Origin: Eledone cirrhosa
Lineage: Eukaryota
Reading direction: 5' to 3'
DNA: 64,000 nucleotides
Assembly (NCBI GenBank): GCA_964016885.1
Contig: OZ024740.1
Location: 316,386,001 to 316,450,000, forward strand
The position numbers and the translations under genes are program-made. The notes under the pieces are model-generated. The model was not told where the DNA came from. It saw nothing but the letters and a program-made list of their open reading frames with translations, and made no database searches. Numbering within the stretch: the first letter of the stretch is position 1; every line of letters starts with the position of its first letter. Below, piece by piece: positions 12,201-25,800 of the stretch.

Positions 12201-15200
12201 CGACTGGTGATAGACACATGGAATTTAAAAAGGTGCTCAGTAACTGACAAACTCATAACCTGAACTATTTTCATTTAGATTATTTGACCTGCTATTAATA
12301 CAAACTCTCTGGTACTATTTTTTAGAATCTATTACAGTGTGTCTGTTACTGCTATTTTTCTTCCATTTAGACTTGACGTTTGACCATTTTTAAAAATAAG
12401 CCTTTGTTATTTTCCAGGGCAAACTGTGGTAATTTCTATGTTTATGATTTAGCAAGAAACCAGAAGATATTAACAGTAAGTTGTGTTTGCAAAAATTGAT
12501 CTCCTCTCATATCATTCAATATAAATTAATGGCAATCGTATATGTATGTGTACGTGTGCGTGTTATTGTGGTTTAGTTACAGGTCAGTTCTGATCAATCA
12601 CTCCTACAAAGATATTCCAGCTGTAACCATCTCATCTTTTTCCTATGTGCTGCTAACCCAGTTTCATGTTATACACTGCACTATCTTACAAAATGGCAGT
12701 GTGATTTGAAGGAAATTGAGTTATCATTTTTAGCAGGTTGAGTGACTCTGTAGAATCTTAGTCAACTTGTATGTATGTTATGTACATACTGGTGTAAACC
12801 TATGTAAATAACTAGAAGTATTTAAGCCCATAAAACAAAAGAGTCACTCCTTAAAGGGCCATAAATCTAGTGAAGCTACACATTCAATAAATTGGGTTCT
12901 AGATAATGTACTAGAGTCAATACAATTGACTAAAACTTTTATAGTAATGCTCTAGTCAACACATTTGCACTAAAAAAGGACATCTTGGACAATGTAATCC
13001 TAGATATATAAAAAGGCAGCACAGTCACAGCTGAAACTGCTTTGATCCTAGACTGACCTGGGGCTATGTAACAACTGATAGACTTCCATGAAAATGTTAA
13101 AATTCCTTAATATTGTGAACATACTTTTCTCTGATATATAGATCAAGGCACATGGTGACGATGTTAATGCAGTAAAATTTGCAGATGACAGTTCCCAGAT
13201 ATTGTTCACAGGAGGAGATGATGGATTTTGTAAGGTAAGAAGACATTTAGTTTTCTATATTGTATAGTATGTTAGGTGGTGAATTGGCAGAGTTGTTAGA
13301 ACGTCGGATAGAATGCTATATGGTGCTCATTCTGGTTCTCTATGTTCTGAGTTCAAATCACGCCGAGGTCAACTTTGCCTTTCATCTTTTCGAAGTCGAT
13401 AAAAAAAAAAGTACCAGTCAAATACTGGGGTGGATTCTTCCTCTATATCTCTTTCTCACATTTTCTCTCTCTCACTTTCTATCTTTCTCTGAAAGAAATC
13501 TGCTGTACTGGAGAGGAGATGGGCTCTGCCAGGCTTAAAATGCCCAAGAAACGGTGTATGTCAATACAACGCCCCTATGACTCTATCAGGAGTTACGAGA
13601 CCATGCATGCATCAATAGTATGTTACTTCTCTATTGTATGATACTGTAATATATTATCTGTACATGGTTTAGTGGTTAGAGCATTGGGCTTACAATCGTG
13701 AGGTTGTGAATTCGATTCCTGGACCTGGCAATGTGTTGTGTTCTTGAGCAAGACATTTTATTTCATGTTGCTCCTGTTTACTCAGCTGTAGAAATGAGTT
13801 GCAACGTCACTGGTGTCAAGCTGTATTGGCTTTGGACAATATTGGTGGTGTGGAAAGTGGAGACTGATATGCATGGGCAAGTGCTGGTCTTTCACAAACA
13901 ACGTTGCCCTGACTTTTACTCTGGAAGGAAACTTTCTAGGTGTAAATCTCATGGTCATTTGTGACTGAAGGGGGTCTTTACCTTTACTCTATACTGTATA
14001 TTGTGTCATCTTACTGTAACGTATTATGATTCTCTATTATATTATTTATTTCTGTGCAATATTCATCATCTTCATTATATGTCTACTTTCCACTGTAGCA
14101 TGAGATCGGACCAGTGTTTTGAAACAAAAATACCTTGTGATATTTATGTAAGCCAAGTTTCAGTGACAGATCCTTGTCACTCTCACCATGAGAATTCTAG
14201 TGAACCAATGATTAGTCCATTAGAAATCTGGAACCAGTGAAACTGTTGTTCACAAACGGCTTAATATGAAATCTATATATATAAAAGCAAGTCAGTCTGT
14301 GTGTGTGTGTGTGTATCTGTCTGTGTACAAATACTAGGCTCCTTTTAACTTTTGAAGTACTAGGCCGTTTTGGCATGTGCTATTGAGGCGACCTCTCGAC
14401 ATAAGCTAACATGCACTCAGAAATTGTTAGCTAAGCCATAAACGACCTTGAACAATTCAAGCTGTCATTCGATTTCCCGAGCAACGCCGGGTACATCTGC
14501 TAGTAAATGATAAAACTAAACATGTCTACTTATACATATTAATATAAATTCCAAAAATGTATTATCTTTTTTTTTTTAATAATGTGATGTAAAGTAAAAT
14601 TTGATTAAGTTTTAAAGATATACATAAATAACATTAGAAATTGCTCACAATTCTTTTAGAATGAAAATATAAAGACAGATATACATAAATAACATTAGAA
14701 ATTGTTAATGTTTAGGGAGCTATTGATTTGATTTGATTTTCGCCAACAAACCACGTGTGGACATGGACGGAGAAAAAAAACAAAAAAACAAATCACTACA
14801 TCCCTTAGGGATCGCAGTAAGTACTTCACAAAATCTATAAACAACAATATACACACAAATCTATATACAGATACATACCACATGCATATACACACAAGTG
14901 AAAAGAAACCACACTATTTCGTGTGAGACACTATACAGGCCAATCTTAAGTACATTTGTAAAATCTTTCTGAACATTGACTTCGCTTCTAACCCACATAC
15001 ACATTTTAATTATATATATATATAATTATATATTCGTGTGCAGATCTTTTTGTATACACACACACATAATACATAGGAAAACAGAAACAGAAATACAAAA
15101 ACAAAATATAAACAAACATTTATCTCGTTAACTTACGCTGTATATTTATTTGTTTACATGCGCAGACTCTTTTGTACACACACACACACACAACATTTAG

Positions 15201-18200
15201 GAAAACGGAAACAAAATACACAAAAAAACAAAACAAAAAAAACATTTTATTTCTATCGTAATCAAGTGTGCTAAACCTATATTGTTTACATTCTGTGTTT
15301 TTCTACGGATGGGCAGAAATAACAAAATTGCCATGGTGATATCCATGGATGAAGTATGCGACAAAACTGGTCGATGTTCCAAAATAGAACATTGCCCAGA
15401 AAATCACATCTGCCATATCTGTACGGAACCCGAAAACTCGTTCCGTAATCGCTGGGTCGAATGTGGAACCTGTCGCATCTCTGTCTGCCTTCAATGCGCC
15501 ACAGGCTTCCAGAGGATCCCAGGCCAAAAAAAGAGACATCATATTGCTATGAAGGATGGACTCTGGGAGATGGTCCAGCTAAAATCCTGGTCCTTTCAGT
15601 GCCTGGCCTGTGTACCTGCCTCCACCAATGTTATTGAAAAACAACAACATCAAAAAAAAAGTATCTTCCTCTACTGTTGTTACTGAACAACGGCAAAAAC
15701 CTATGACACTGGCTTCTGCTGCTATTCCTGTGGAAGGACATCAGAAACAACAACAACCCATGTCTTCCGCTCCCAGTACATCTCAACACCAACAACAGGC
15801 GACTGTGTCTTCCCCTACCATTCCCGTGGAGGAACATCATCAACAACAACAACAACAGCAGCAGCAATAACAACCGACCAGTACAGATTTTGCAGAATTG
15901 CAACTAATGATTTCTGCTTTAAGAAGGGAAGTAACAGGAATAAAAGCAAGCATTCGGGTAGGACCCTACAATGAGGGGTCTTATCGGAATGCCTTGCTAA
16001 AGAATCTCCCTGTACCTCTTGCCGTACCTGGGCACACTGAGAAGACTGCGGAATCTGCTACCCATGAAGTAATTGCCATTGGGGTACCAGAGGACAGGGC
16101 TGATCTTCAGGCATTTGCTGCCAGCTCAGCCAAAGAGCTAGGCTGTGTTCCCCCAAAGGGTGCTCTCCGCCTTGGTCGACCTGGTCCAAAACCCAGACTC
16201 ATCAGGCTGTCTTTTTCGGACCCCGCTGAGGTAATTTCATATCATCTGGCCTCTGTTAAAGCTGGGTGTGAAAATCAGATTACCTTCCGAACACGCCCAG
16301 GCCTACCACCCCATGTATGTCCAAAGCTACATGCTGCAGCTTCCTTGAATCGGAACTCAGCACAACATGAAAGTTTTAGTCTGCGTGATGATGGGCAGAT
16401 CTGGAGGTTTTAAGGCTGGTGAAACGTGGAAGAGAGATACCAGCTGGTCTGACTGTGCTCTACCCACAATAACTGGCAATGAAAAAACTGCAACAACTCT
16501 GGGAAACTAAACCAGAACAACCTGCCATCCTCTACACACCATCATAAACTGCAAGCAGGGTACAAATTGTTGTCCTTAAATGCTCGCAGTTTATGCAACA
16601 AGATACATCTGTTAAACTCCTACGTCAGAAGCATCGACCCTGACTTCATCACAGTCACGGAAACATGGGCACATTCCTTACTCTGTGATGGGGTTTTCAG
16701 CATTACTGGGTACAACATTTTCTGCAAAGACCGCATTAATCGCCGTGGTGGTGGTGTGATGGTCTACGTTCGTTCAAACTTTTCGGTAATTCCTTGCATT
16801 GATTTGAACGAATCACAAGAAGTTTTTTTTTGTTACATACATATGACTATGTCAACACTTCTGCTTGGTGTTGTTTATCGCCCCCCAAACTACCATCAGG
16901 ACACACAGCTTTGCGATATCCTCAGAGCTGCTGCCAGGAAAACAGCCACTTATGTGTTTATTGCAGGTGACTTCAATAATCCTGAGATCGATTGGGAAAC
17001 CTTTCGTTGGCCACAAAGTGCAAACGATTTCCTTGAGCTAGTGCTAGACTCAAACTGGTCACAAGTAGTCACCTCTCCAACAAGAGGTGACAACACTTTG
17101 GACCTGATCTTCACCACTACTCCTGAAGTGGTTATCAGTTGTACTACTGAGGAACCTCTAGGTGACTCTGATCATGCTATGATCATTGCCAATCTGGCTC
17201 TTGCGGGCAGCAACAAAAACCAGAACCATATCCAATCTGCTTGCTTTGATTGGAAGAAAGCAGGTTGGAACTTGTACTGCACTGAGCTACAGCGCCCAAA
17301 CTGGCATGAGTTCTATAACTCTGGAGATGTGAACACTATACTCCAGAGCATCCTGGACTCAATATGGATAGCGTGTGCAGCATTGGTGCCACGTAAGCAG
17401 AAAAAAAACCACCCCAAAAGTGCAATTTGGGAAACTTCAGCAGTCCGACTTGCCAGGAAAGAACGTCGGAATGCTGAACGGGAATATAAACTGCATAAAT
17501 CAGATGCCAACAGAAAAAAGCGGAATAAATCTTCCAACCATCTCAAGCAAGTGACAAAAAAGGTAGTGCTTGAATTTGAACAGTGCATAGCAACCAATCC
17601 TGACAGTAAGGTGTTCTGGAAATATGTTCATTCAAAGCAGAGACCTCACTCTCCAGTTGGTCCTCTTCGCAATCCCCACACAAGCCAGATCACTGACGAC
17701 CCCAAAGAATGTGCAGAACTCATTGCTGAGTGTTATGCAAGCATTTTTACTGTTGAAAACCAGAATGTACCATCTCCACCATCCCTAACATCAAATTCCA
17801 TAACAACTATGGAATTTAAACCTGCAATGTTGCGACGTCACCTTAAGAATAAGCGCAACTATGCCTCCCCTGGTCTTGATGGTGTTACATACCTGCTTCT
17901 CAAATGTGGTGGGTACTTTCTTTTGCACCAGCTTTCTTTCTTCTTTCAATACTGTCTCAACAATGGTGCTACTCCGGAGCAGTGGAAAACTGCCAGTGTT
18001 ATTCCCCTGTTCAAAAAGGGTGACCGCACGTCACCTGTCAACTATCATCCAGTCAGTCTTACTAGCTGTATTGCCAAACTGATGGAATCCTGTGTCAGAG
18101 AAACACTTTGGAACTTCTGGAGCTCTCACAGCCTCATCCGGCCCTCACAGTTTAGATTTATCCCTAACTCCAGCTGCTGTGATCAGCTTATCGAGTTCCT

Positions 18201-19849
18201 TGAAGACATTACCCAGATCACTGACAGCGGCTCATGGGTGGATGTTGTTTTCCTTGACTTCGCTAAGGCTTTTAATTCTGTGCCACACAAAAGACTTATG
18301 GCAAAACTCTCTGCAATGGGTGTGAGGGATGATCTTTTTAACTGGTTGAAATCCTTCATTCTCAGCCGAAAAGTGGTAGTCACGGTTCTAGGACAGTATT
18401 CTTCACCATATGAGATGTCACCTGGTGTACCACAGGGATCTGTTCTTGGTCCCCTTTTGTTTGTGGCATATATTAATGACATAGACGCCAACTTAAAGAA
18501 TGCCACAGTACTGAAATATGCAGATGACATCAAGCTGTACCTTGAAATCAAAAGGACTGATCCTGAAATCTACAACTCTTTCCTACAATCAGACCTGGAC
18601 ACAATGCAGCAATGGATCACAGACTGGCAACTGAAGCTGGCTGTGGACAAGTGTACCACCATGCATTTTGGGAGGAAAAATCCAGCGTCCACATACTCCC
18701 TCCACAACACTGATATCAAGAAGTCCTCTTATGAACGTGACCTGGGCATTACTGTCAGCAGCGATTTGCGTTGGACAAAGCATGTCTCTAAGATTGTCAA
18801 GAAGGCCGAGGGTGTCTTGGCATCACTCAGCAAGACCCTTGTTAGCCGCTCTCCAGCCATCTATTTAAAGCTGTATAGAGCTATGGTACGACCACACTTG
18901 GAATTCGCATCATCAGTCTGGAACCCCTATCTTGCTCAGAACATTGACCTCCTGGAAACTGTTCAGAGACGTGTAACCAATCGCATATCCGCCATCAGAC
19001 ACCTACCATACTCTGAACGCCTTGCTTCCCTGGGCATGGATTCATTGAAGCTCTTAACATACTGCAATGATTAAACAGAAAACTTCTAATAATAGGTTTG
19101 TTTAATTCAAATGATTATAGTATTTTTTATTATTTGAAAGATTATTGTGATAATTTATAGTAAACTTATATAAAGATTTAAATTTTTACTGCAATAGAGA
19201 CATAGTGCTCTTTTATATATTTTCAAGAATGTCTTGCTAATGTGGTTTGATGTGGTACAAGAATTAAACAGTCCCTCTTTTAGGATTTAATTGCTTGCTA
19301 TAATGTTTAAATGTGGTTTTCTATATAAGTTGATTATGATCTGTCTTCCTTCACTTTCAGGTTTGGGATCGACGGACTCTTAATGAGAACAATCCAAACC
19401 CAGTTGGTGTGTTTAGCGGCCACACAGGTGGGATCACCTATATTGATTCACGGGTAATGTCATGTTTACAAATCTTTCCTTACCTAGTCACATATCATCT
19501 ACTTTATCATCATGATTTAATGTCTGCTTTTCCTGCTAGCAAGAGTTGAACAGGTCATCATTGACTAAGTTTAGCAATCTTCTGTATGTATATATATGTA
19601 TATATGATATTATATTTGGAACCTTCACAATTCTGACAACTATTCCAGATGATAAATGAAAATTAAAAATGTTGTTTTTTTCAGGGTGACTCACGGTATT
19701 TGATATCCAATTCTAAAGACCAGACAATAAAACTGTGGGATATACGAAAGTTTTCTACAGAAGAGGGTATCAAGGTAATTTCATTTCTGATCTGTGATTC
19801 ATTCCTGAACTTGATTGGCAAGTTCTCTGGTAGATGTTTGGATTTTTAT

Positions 19850-19884
<35 letters not shown>

Positions 19885-22800
19885 CCACCACCATTGCCAC
19901 CATCACCACCACCATTATAATCATCATCAATTTCTAAAAACGATAAAGTTAAATACTAAAATTGAGGATTACATTTGGTTACATACATTGGAAGAAAGTA
20001 AGCATACCTTTAACCCTTTTGTGGCTGCATTTCTAATGAAATACACTCTATTCTAACTTGGAAATAAGTTTAATTATTTGGAAGCCCGACAATGCATGTG
20101 AGATTATAAGTGCCAAGTAATAGGATAAAAGAAATGGGAAAAGAGTGAGAATGGTAGACTTTTATCTTAGCAATTTTAATGATCCCATATACTTTTGGAT
20201 TTACCATCCATTATCAAGTGGGTCCCTGGTGATGGTAGGGGTGGGGAGGGAGGGCTCAGAGAGCAATCTGAGTAGAGTTGTTGATAGCAGGTCGATTTAA
20301 TTTGAATGAATGAACAAAAACCTTAAAGCTTAATGTTTAGCTCATGTGTGTAGGGAAAAACGTGTGAATATGTGTATGATATATGTGTGTGTGTGCATAG
20401 GTGTAAGTGTGTATGTGTAGTGAGGAACGCAGATTTCAGGGCATGGGAGTAAAAGGTGTGTGTGTAGTTGAACACTTTGTTACACTCTATTTTAATTAAT
20501 TAATGAAGAATTTTGAAGGATTTACTATTATTGTGTTGATCACTGTAGGGTTTACTCTCAGTGTCAACAGTAATGTCACAGTATTGTTAGTCACAAAAGT
20601 TGCAAATTCTTATTTTCTCTATAAATCCACAATCCATAATTTTGAGACTTAACCCTTTCATGACTGCATTTCTAATTAAAAACATTCTATTTTAATTAAT
20701 TAATGAAGAATTTTGAGGGATTTACTGAAATCATAAATTTTTTTCATGACTAAGATAACTTAATGTAAGGTTCTTATATAAAATTATATTGGAAGATTTT
20801 AATTTAAATTGGAAACCTTTAAAATGGGTGATTTTATTTCATAGAACCAGAGCCAGTTTTGGCAGGGTTGGTAACTAAAGGGTTAAAACACTCTTTGTCA
20901 TGCACAGAATCTTAAAATTTTCAATTTATAGAATTTCTGAACTTTGTTTCAGTGAAATCACAAACAACCCACAGGAGAAATCACTTTTATAGAAATGTGC
21001 TTCAACATTTCATTTGCAAATATACACATTAGCATAACTCTGCCATTCCTGATAGGGCGGTGGATTGGCAGAATCGGTAGAGCGTTGGACAATATGCTTT
21101 GTTGCATAGTATTATAGAATGGTGACAATTACATCTACCCATGCCGCACAGGCAGGACTGTGTAAAGAACAAAAAGACAGATTCTATGAAGAACTTTTAC
21201 AGACAACTTCAGGTACCAATAAAGGTGACCTTATCATACTGGCAGATGACTTCAATGGACATGTGGGGCAGTACCAAGATGGATTCAGTGGAGTTCACGG
21301 TGAGTATGGTTATGGCTCAAGAAATGAAGAAGGATTAGGCTCTTGGAATTCTGTGACGCAAATGAACTAACCATTTGCAACACAAATTTCAGGTAACCAG
21401 CCAACTAGCCACCTAATTTCATATGAATTAGGTGAACACAAAAGCCAAATTGATTATTCACTTATAAGACATCAAGACTGTAATAAATACTAAGGCCTTC
21501 CCTGGAGATGAGTGCACTGCTCAAAAACAACAAAATAAGCACAAGACAGAACAAAATCCTTGTATGTGTCTCTAAGAAATTACTAGCATTCACTACCATA
21601 TTTTTCAGGCTACTGAAGCAGCAATCAGCTTCCAAAGGTGGGATTACCGTTGGCGGCCTATATCTCAGGAAAGTAAGTATATCTGTAAGACACTCTTCAT
21701 GATGGGCATCATCATCATCAACATTGCCATCGTCGTCGTCATCATCATCATCATCATCATCATCATCAGCAGCATTAAGCATCATCATCATTATCATCAC
21801 CAACATTATCATCATTATCATCACCATTATCATCATCATTATCATCAACATTATCATCATGAACATCATCATCAACAAAATCACCATCGTTTTATGTCCA
21901 CATACTCTGTAAGCAAGGGTTGGACAAGTCATCAGCAGACTGGATTGGTACTCAAAGTGGAGGTAATAACCCCCACAGTGGGCCAGAAGTCTTCATTGCA
22001 CTTACATACATTCCTGCCTCCTTATCGAGTGCTGAGACAGGTTGGTAACCCATAACTCGCTTACTTACGAACAATCTGGCGCTCTACTGAGTGTGTGCAT
22101 GAATCTTGAAAGTGTCAAATAATAAAATTTCTCAACTTTGTTTCAGTGAAATCACGCAAACCTCTAACTGGAGATGTATCTGTGATGACATACCGTGGAC
22201 ATACTGTTTTACATACATTGATTCGGTCTAAATTTTCTCCACGTTTCACTACGGGTCAAAGGTACATATATTCAGGATGTGCAACAGGAAATGCTTGTAG
22301 TAAGTATACTCTTTCTCTTAATTTTTGTTTTTTCCTGGCAACGAAGATGCTATTTTTTTCCTAAAATAAGTCTAAAAAAATCTACCATGCATCCTGAAGG
22401 CTGCATTTCTCATAGGCATATCCTGACCCTAGAGGAAAATTATCTATGTTAGACAGTAATCTGAACTCCTGTATATAACCTCTCAATGAAGTGTATAAAT
22501 TATACTTAACTAGCATTAAAGCCCGGCGTTGCTCGGGGTCATTAAGTTACCAAAGTTAGGTTGCACCACCCATTTTATGGCAGCACTTTTTTGTCTGCCA
22601 GGCACAGGGTGAATGAATTGCAGACCTGGAAGCATGAGCTGCGCCAGCAGTGACAATTGTAGTTTCGCCTATGGATATTATCTCTGTGCAAAAAAGTGTT
22701 GAAATTTATTGTTTCACAGTACTTGCGCAACACGCGAGTAGACGATGCCAGCCGAACAACAGAGCTGCGATGGAGTTGTTCTGCATGGTTGTCTGTGTGT

Positions 22801-25800
22801 TTTCTAAATTTAAGACAGTAGGGAGGGTTGTGATATGAGGGAGAGTTAGCTGTTGTTTCTAGCAGGTTTAGTGACCTCATAGAGGATATGTGTTTTCTAA
22901 ATTTAAGACAGTAGGGAGTGGTGTGATATGAGGGAGAGTTAGCTGCTGTTTCTAGCAGGTTTAGTGACCTCATAGAAGATATGTTTTCTAAATTTAAGAC
23001 AGTAGGGAGGGGTGTGATATGAGGGAGAGTTAGCTGCTGTTTCTAGCAGGTTTAGTGACCTCATAGAGGATATTATTGTTTATCATCTATATATATAAAA
23101 CTGACTACACGCCTAACGAAATTTACAGATACATATATTTTAAATAAACTTATATAATTTTTGCTTTTTTTTACGAAATATTTGCTTGTTTTACGTAGTC
23201 TTTAAATAGACTTGTTTTCAAGTAAAAATTATTGTGTTAATGTCATTTTAAACGCTGAGAAAGCCAGCGTAATTTTTTTAATTTTTGCACGCAGACGCTC
23301 AATGTAAACAGAACAAAGGGAAATAACTGATCACTTACGCTCAAAAATCGATACATTATATTCGATTTCGTCAGATAGGGCGGGTCAATTTGAAATATTT
23401 TTTTCCCGATGTCTTCGCTAGGGCTCAATGTACAAGTATAGCAATTTTGGTGCAATTCCGTGAGAGATTCTAAGAGGAGATGTGTGCCAAAAATCGATAG
23501 ACAGACAGACAACTACAGTTTTATATATATAGATTAAAGTAGTAAATAAACAAAATATCATAAAAAAATTAGATAACAAGATCCAAAGTGCCAGGACCTT
23601 ATTTTTATATTTATTATTGTTTTTCAAATTTTTGGTTGTCAAAATTGGGGTGCATCCTCGAGGATGAAGCATCTTCAATGATGGGAAATACGGCAGTTTT
23701 TCTATAAACTATCATCATTATCATCATTTAATCTTCATTTTCCCTGCTAGGTCTTTAAATTGAACTACAAGGAGTAGAGAGGACTTGTTTATCTTGCAGG
23801 GAATAAGATGAACTTTCTGTCACCCACCTTGTGGATTGTCATTTTGTTGGTCTCTGTCCTCTGAGTCATTTTTGCCCATCGCTGTCTTTGACAGATTTTA
23901 GTTATTTTAATGGCTGTTCTAGCGATGAGTTTTCTCATTTTTATTTACTTTTAATATTTTCAGTTTATGATGTTCTAACTGGAGAAATTGTGACTAAACT
24001 ATCTAATTGTCACAGTACATGTGTACGAGATGTTTCATGGCATCCCACCAAAAACACAATAGTAACTACTTCGGTGAGTAAAACTATTTTTTCTTTAAGT
24101 TTTACATACCGTATATACTCAAATATAAGCTACCCCCTCCTTATTTTACCAACAAATTTTTTTTGTGGGGTCACACATTTCTCAGCTTACATTTGAGTAT
24201 ATACGGTAAGTATCCTTTACTATCTAGGTGTCATCATCATCAGCATCATCATCGGTTTTATGTCCATTTTTCCACGCTTGCATAAGTTGGACATGTATGA
24301 AGATTAAATCTCAATCTTCTTGAAATACATAGTACTCTGTCTCATGGCCAACCATACTGCTGAGGTTTGTAATACAACAGATCTATCATCACCCAATAAC
24401 CAATAATGTCCTTGTAGTTTCAACAGATTTAGTTAATTTGATATTTTCTAGGTCAGAATAACATCAGAAAAATGTTCTGTCATGCTAAATTCTATTTCAA
24501 TTATTTTAATATTGAATAATTTTCCATATACCAATTTCAACAGTCGAAAACATATTCAACTATATTCAGGGCCAGATAAAGTCCTTTTGACCCTAAGTAC
24601 TTAAAAGATTATGCTGCTCCCTATATATAAAGGCTGCACAAAAAATTCTTTTGGAATGACAAATACATTTAATTTGAATAAAATAATACCCTCTTCCCTT
24701 GATGCCCTAAACAAGTGGTTATTTTGCTTAATGGTTAATCCAGCTCTGACTATTTTTTTTAGACTCCCTTCAGTCATAAATGACCATGGGATTTGCGCCT
24801 AGAAAGTTCCCCTCCAAGGCACAAGTCCGGGCAAGGTTGTTTGTAGAAGACCAGTAGTCACCCATGTATACCAGTCTCCCTTCTCCACGCCATTAATGTT
24901 GTCCAAGGGAAAGGTAATGGCCGATACAGCTTAACACTAGTGACGTCGCAACTCATTTCTACAACTGAGTGAACTGGAGCAATGTGAAATAAAGTGTCTT
25001 GCTCAAGGACACAACACATCACCCAGTCTAAGAATTGAATTGACAACCTCATGGTTGCATGCCCAATGCTCTAACTACTAAGCCATATACCTTCACAGCC
25101 CTGACTATACTCTTTCTTAAATGCCACTCTTTTCTCTCCATATTTTTCTTACCAACTTATGAGAGAGAAAAGGACAGAAATTTCCAATGGGAGTTGAGTT
25201 GCAGTTGTTTGTGTATGTTACAGCATGCAGAGTATTTTAAAGTTATTTATTTTATTCAGATACAATCTGTGGCTATTTGTATTGGAAATATTTCTTTGAA
25301 ATTGCTATTGCTCAACACAGGTTATTTACTTTTGATGAAAAATATATTATACAAACCTTATGAGTTATTGAAGTGCTGGGAGTGTTTGAAATTTGAAAAT
25401 GTGAGCATCCTAAATGCTGAAATAACAGTTAATTGCTGTAGAGCAGGGTTTCCCAAACTTTTTCAAATGCAGAACCCTTTTTGGTTCAGAAACTTTTAGG
25501 GGAACCCCAAAGTATAATACTGTTATATGGTTATAATATAAATATACTCCTCTACCTTTTTTATGGAACCCCAGACACTCCTTTGTGGAACCCACTTTGG
25601 GAACCACTGTTATATAGTATAGTTGAGAAAATTGGGTAAATTATCCTTAGAGATGGAAAAAGTGGGCAGAGGCAGCTACTTTTTAGCTCTAAGTTGTTAT
25701 AGCATCCAAAAAAAGATGGAAGAAAATGTCAGTCACTCCTTAGTGTAGCAGTAACACAATCACATGGTATTCAAAAGATACAGGGTTCCTCATATGTGCC

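Noticed and set aside
13664-13740. tRNA gene
   Set aside because: A/B boxes continue into a SINE body present in several copies; no complete cloverleaf seen.
17313-18868. Antisense and alternate-frame ORFs inside LINE ORF2
   Set aside because: Shadow ORFs of the RT coding sequence with no independent motifs.
19775-22055. Poly-His, poly-Ile and poly-Asp ORFs
   Set aside because: (CAT)n microsatellites beyond splice donors.
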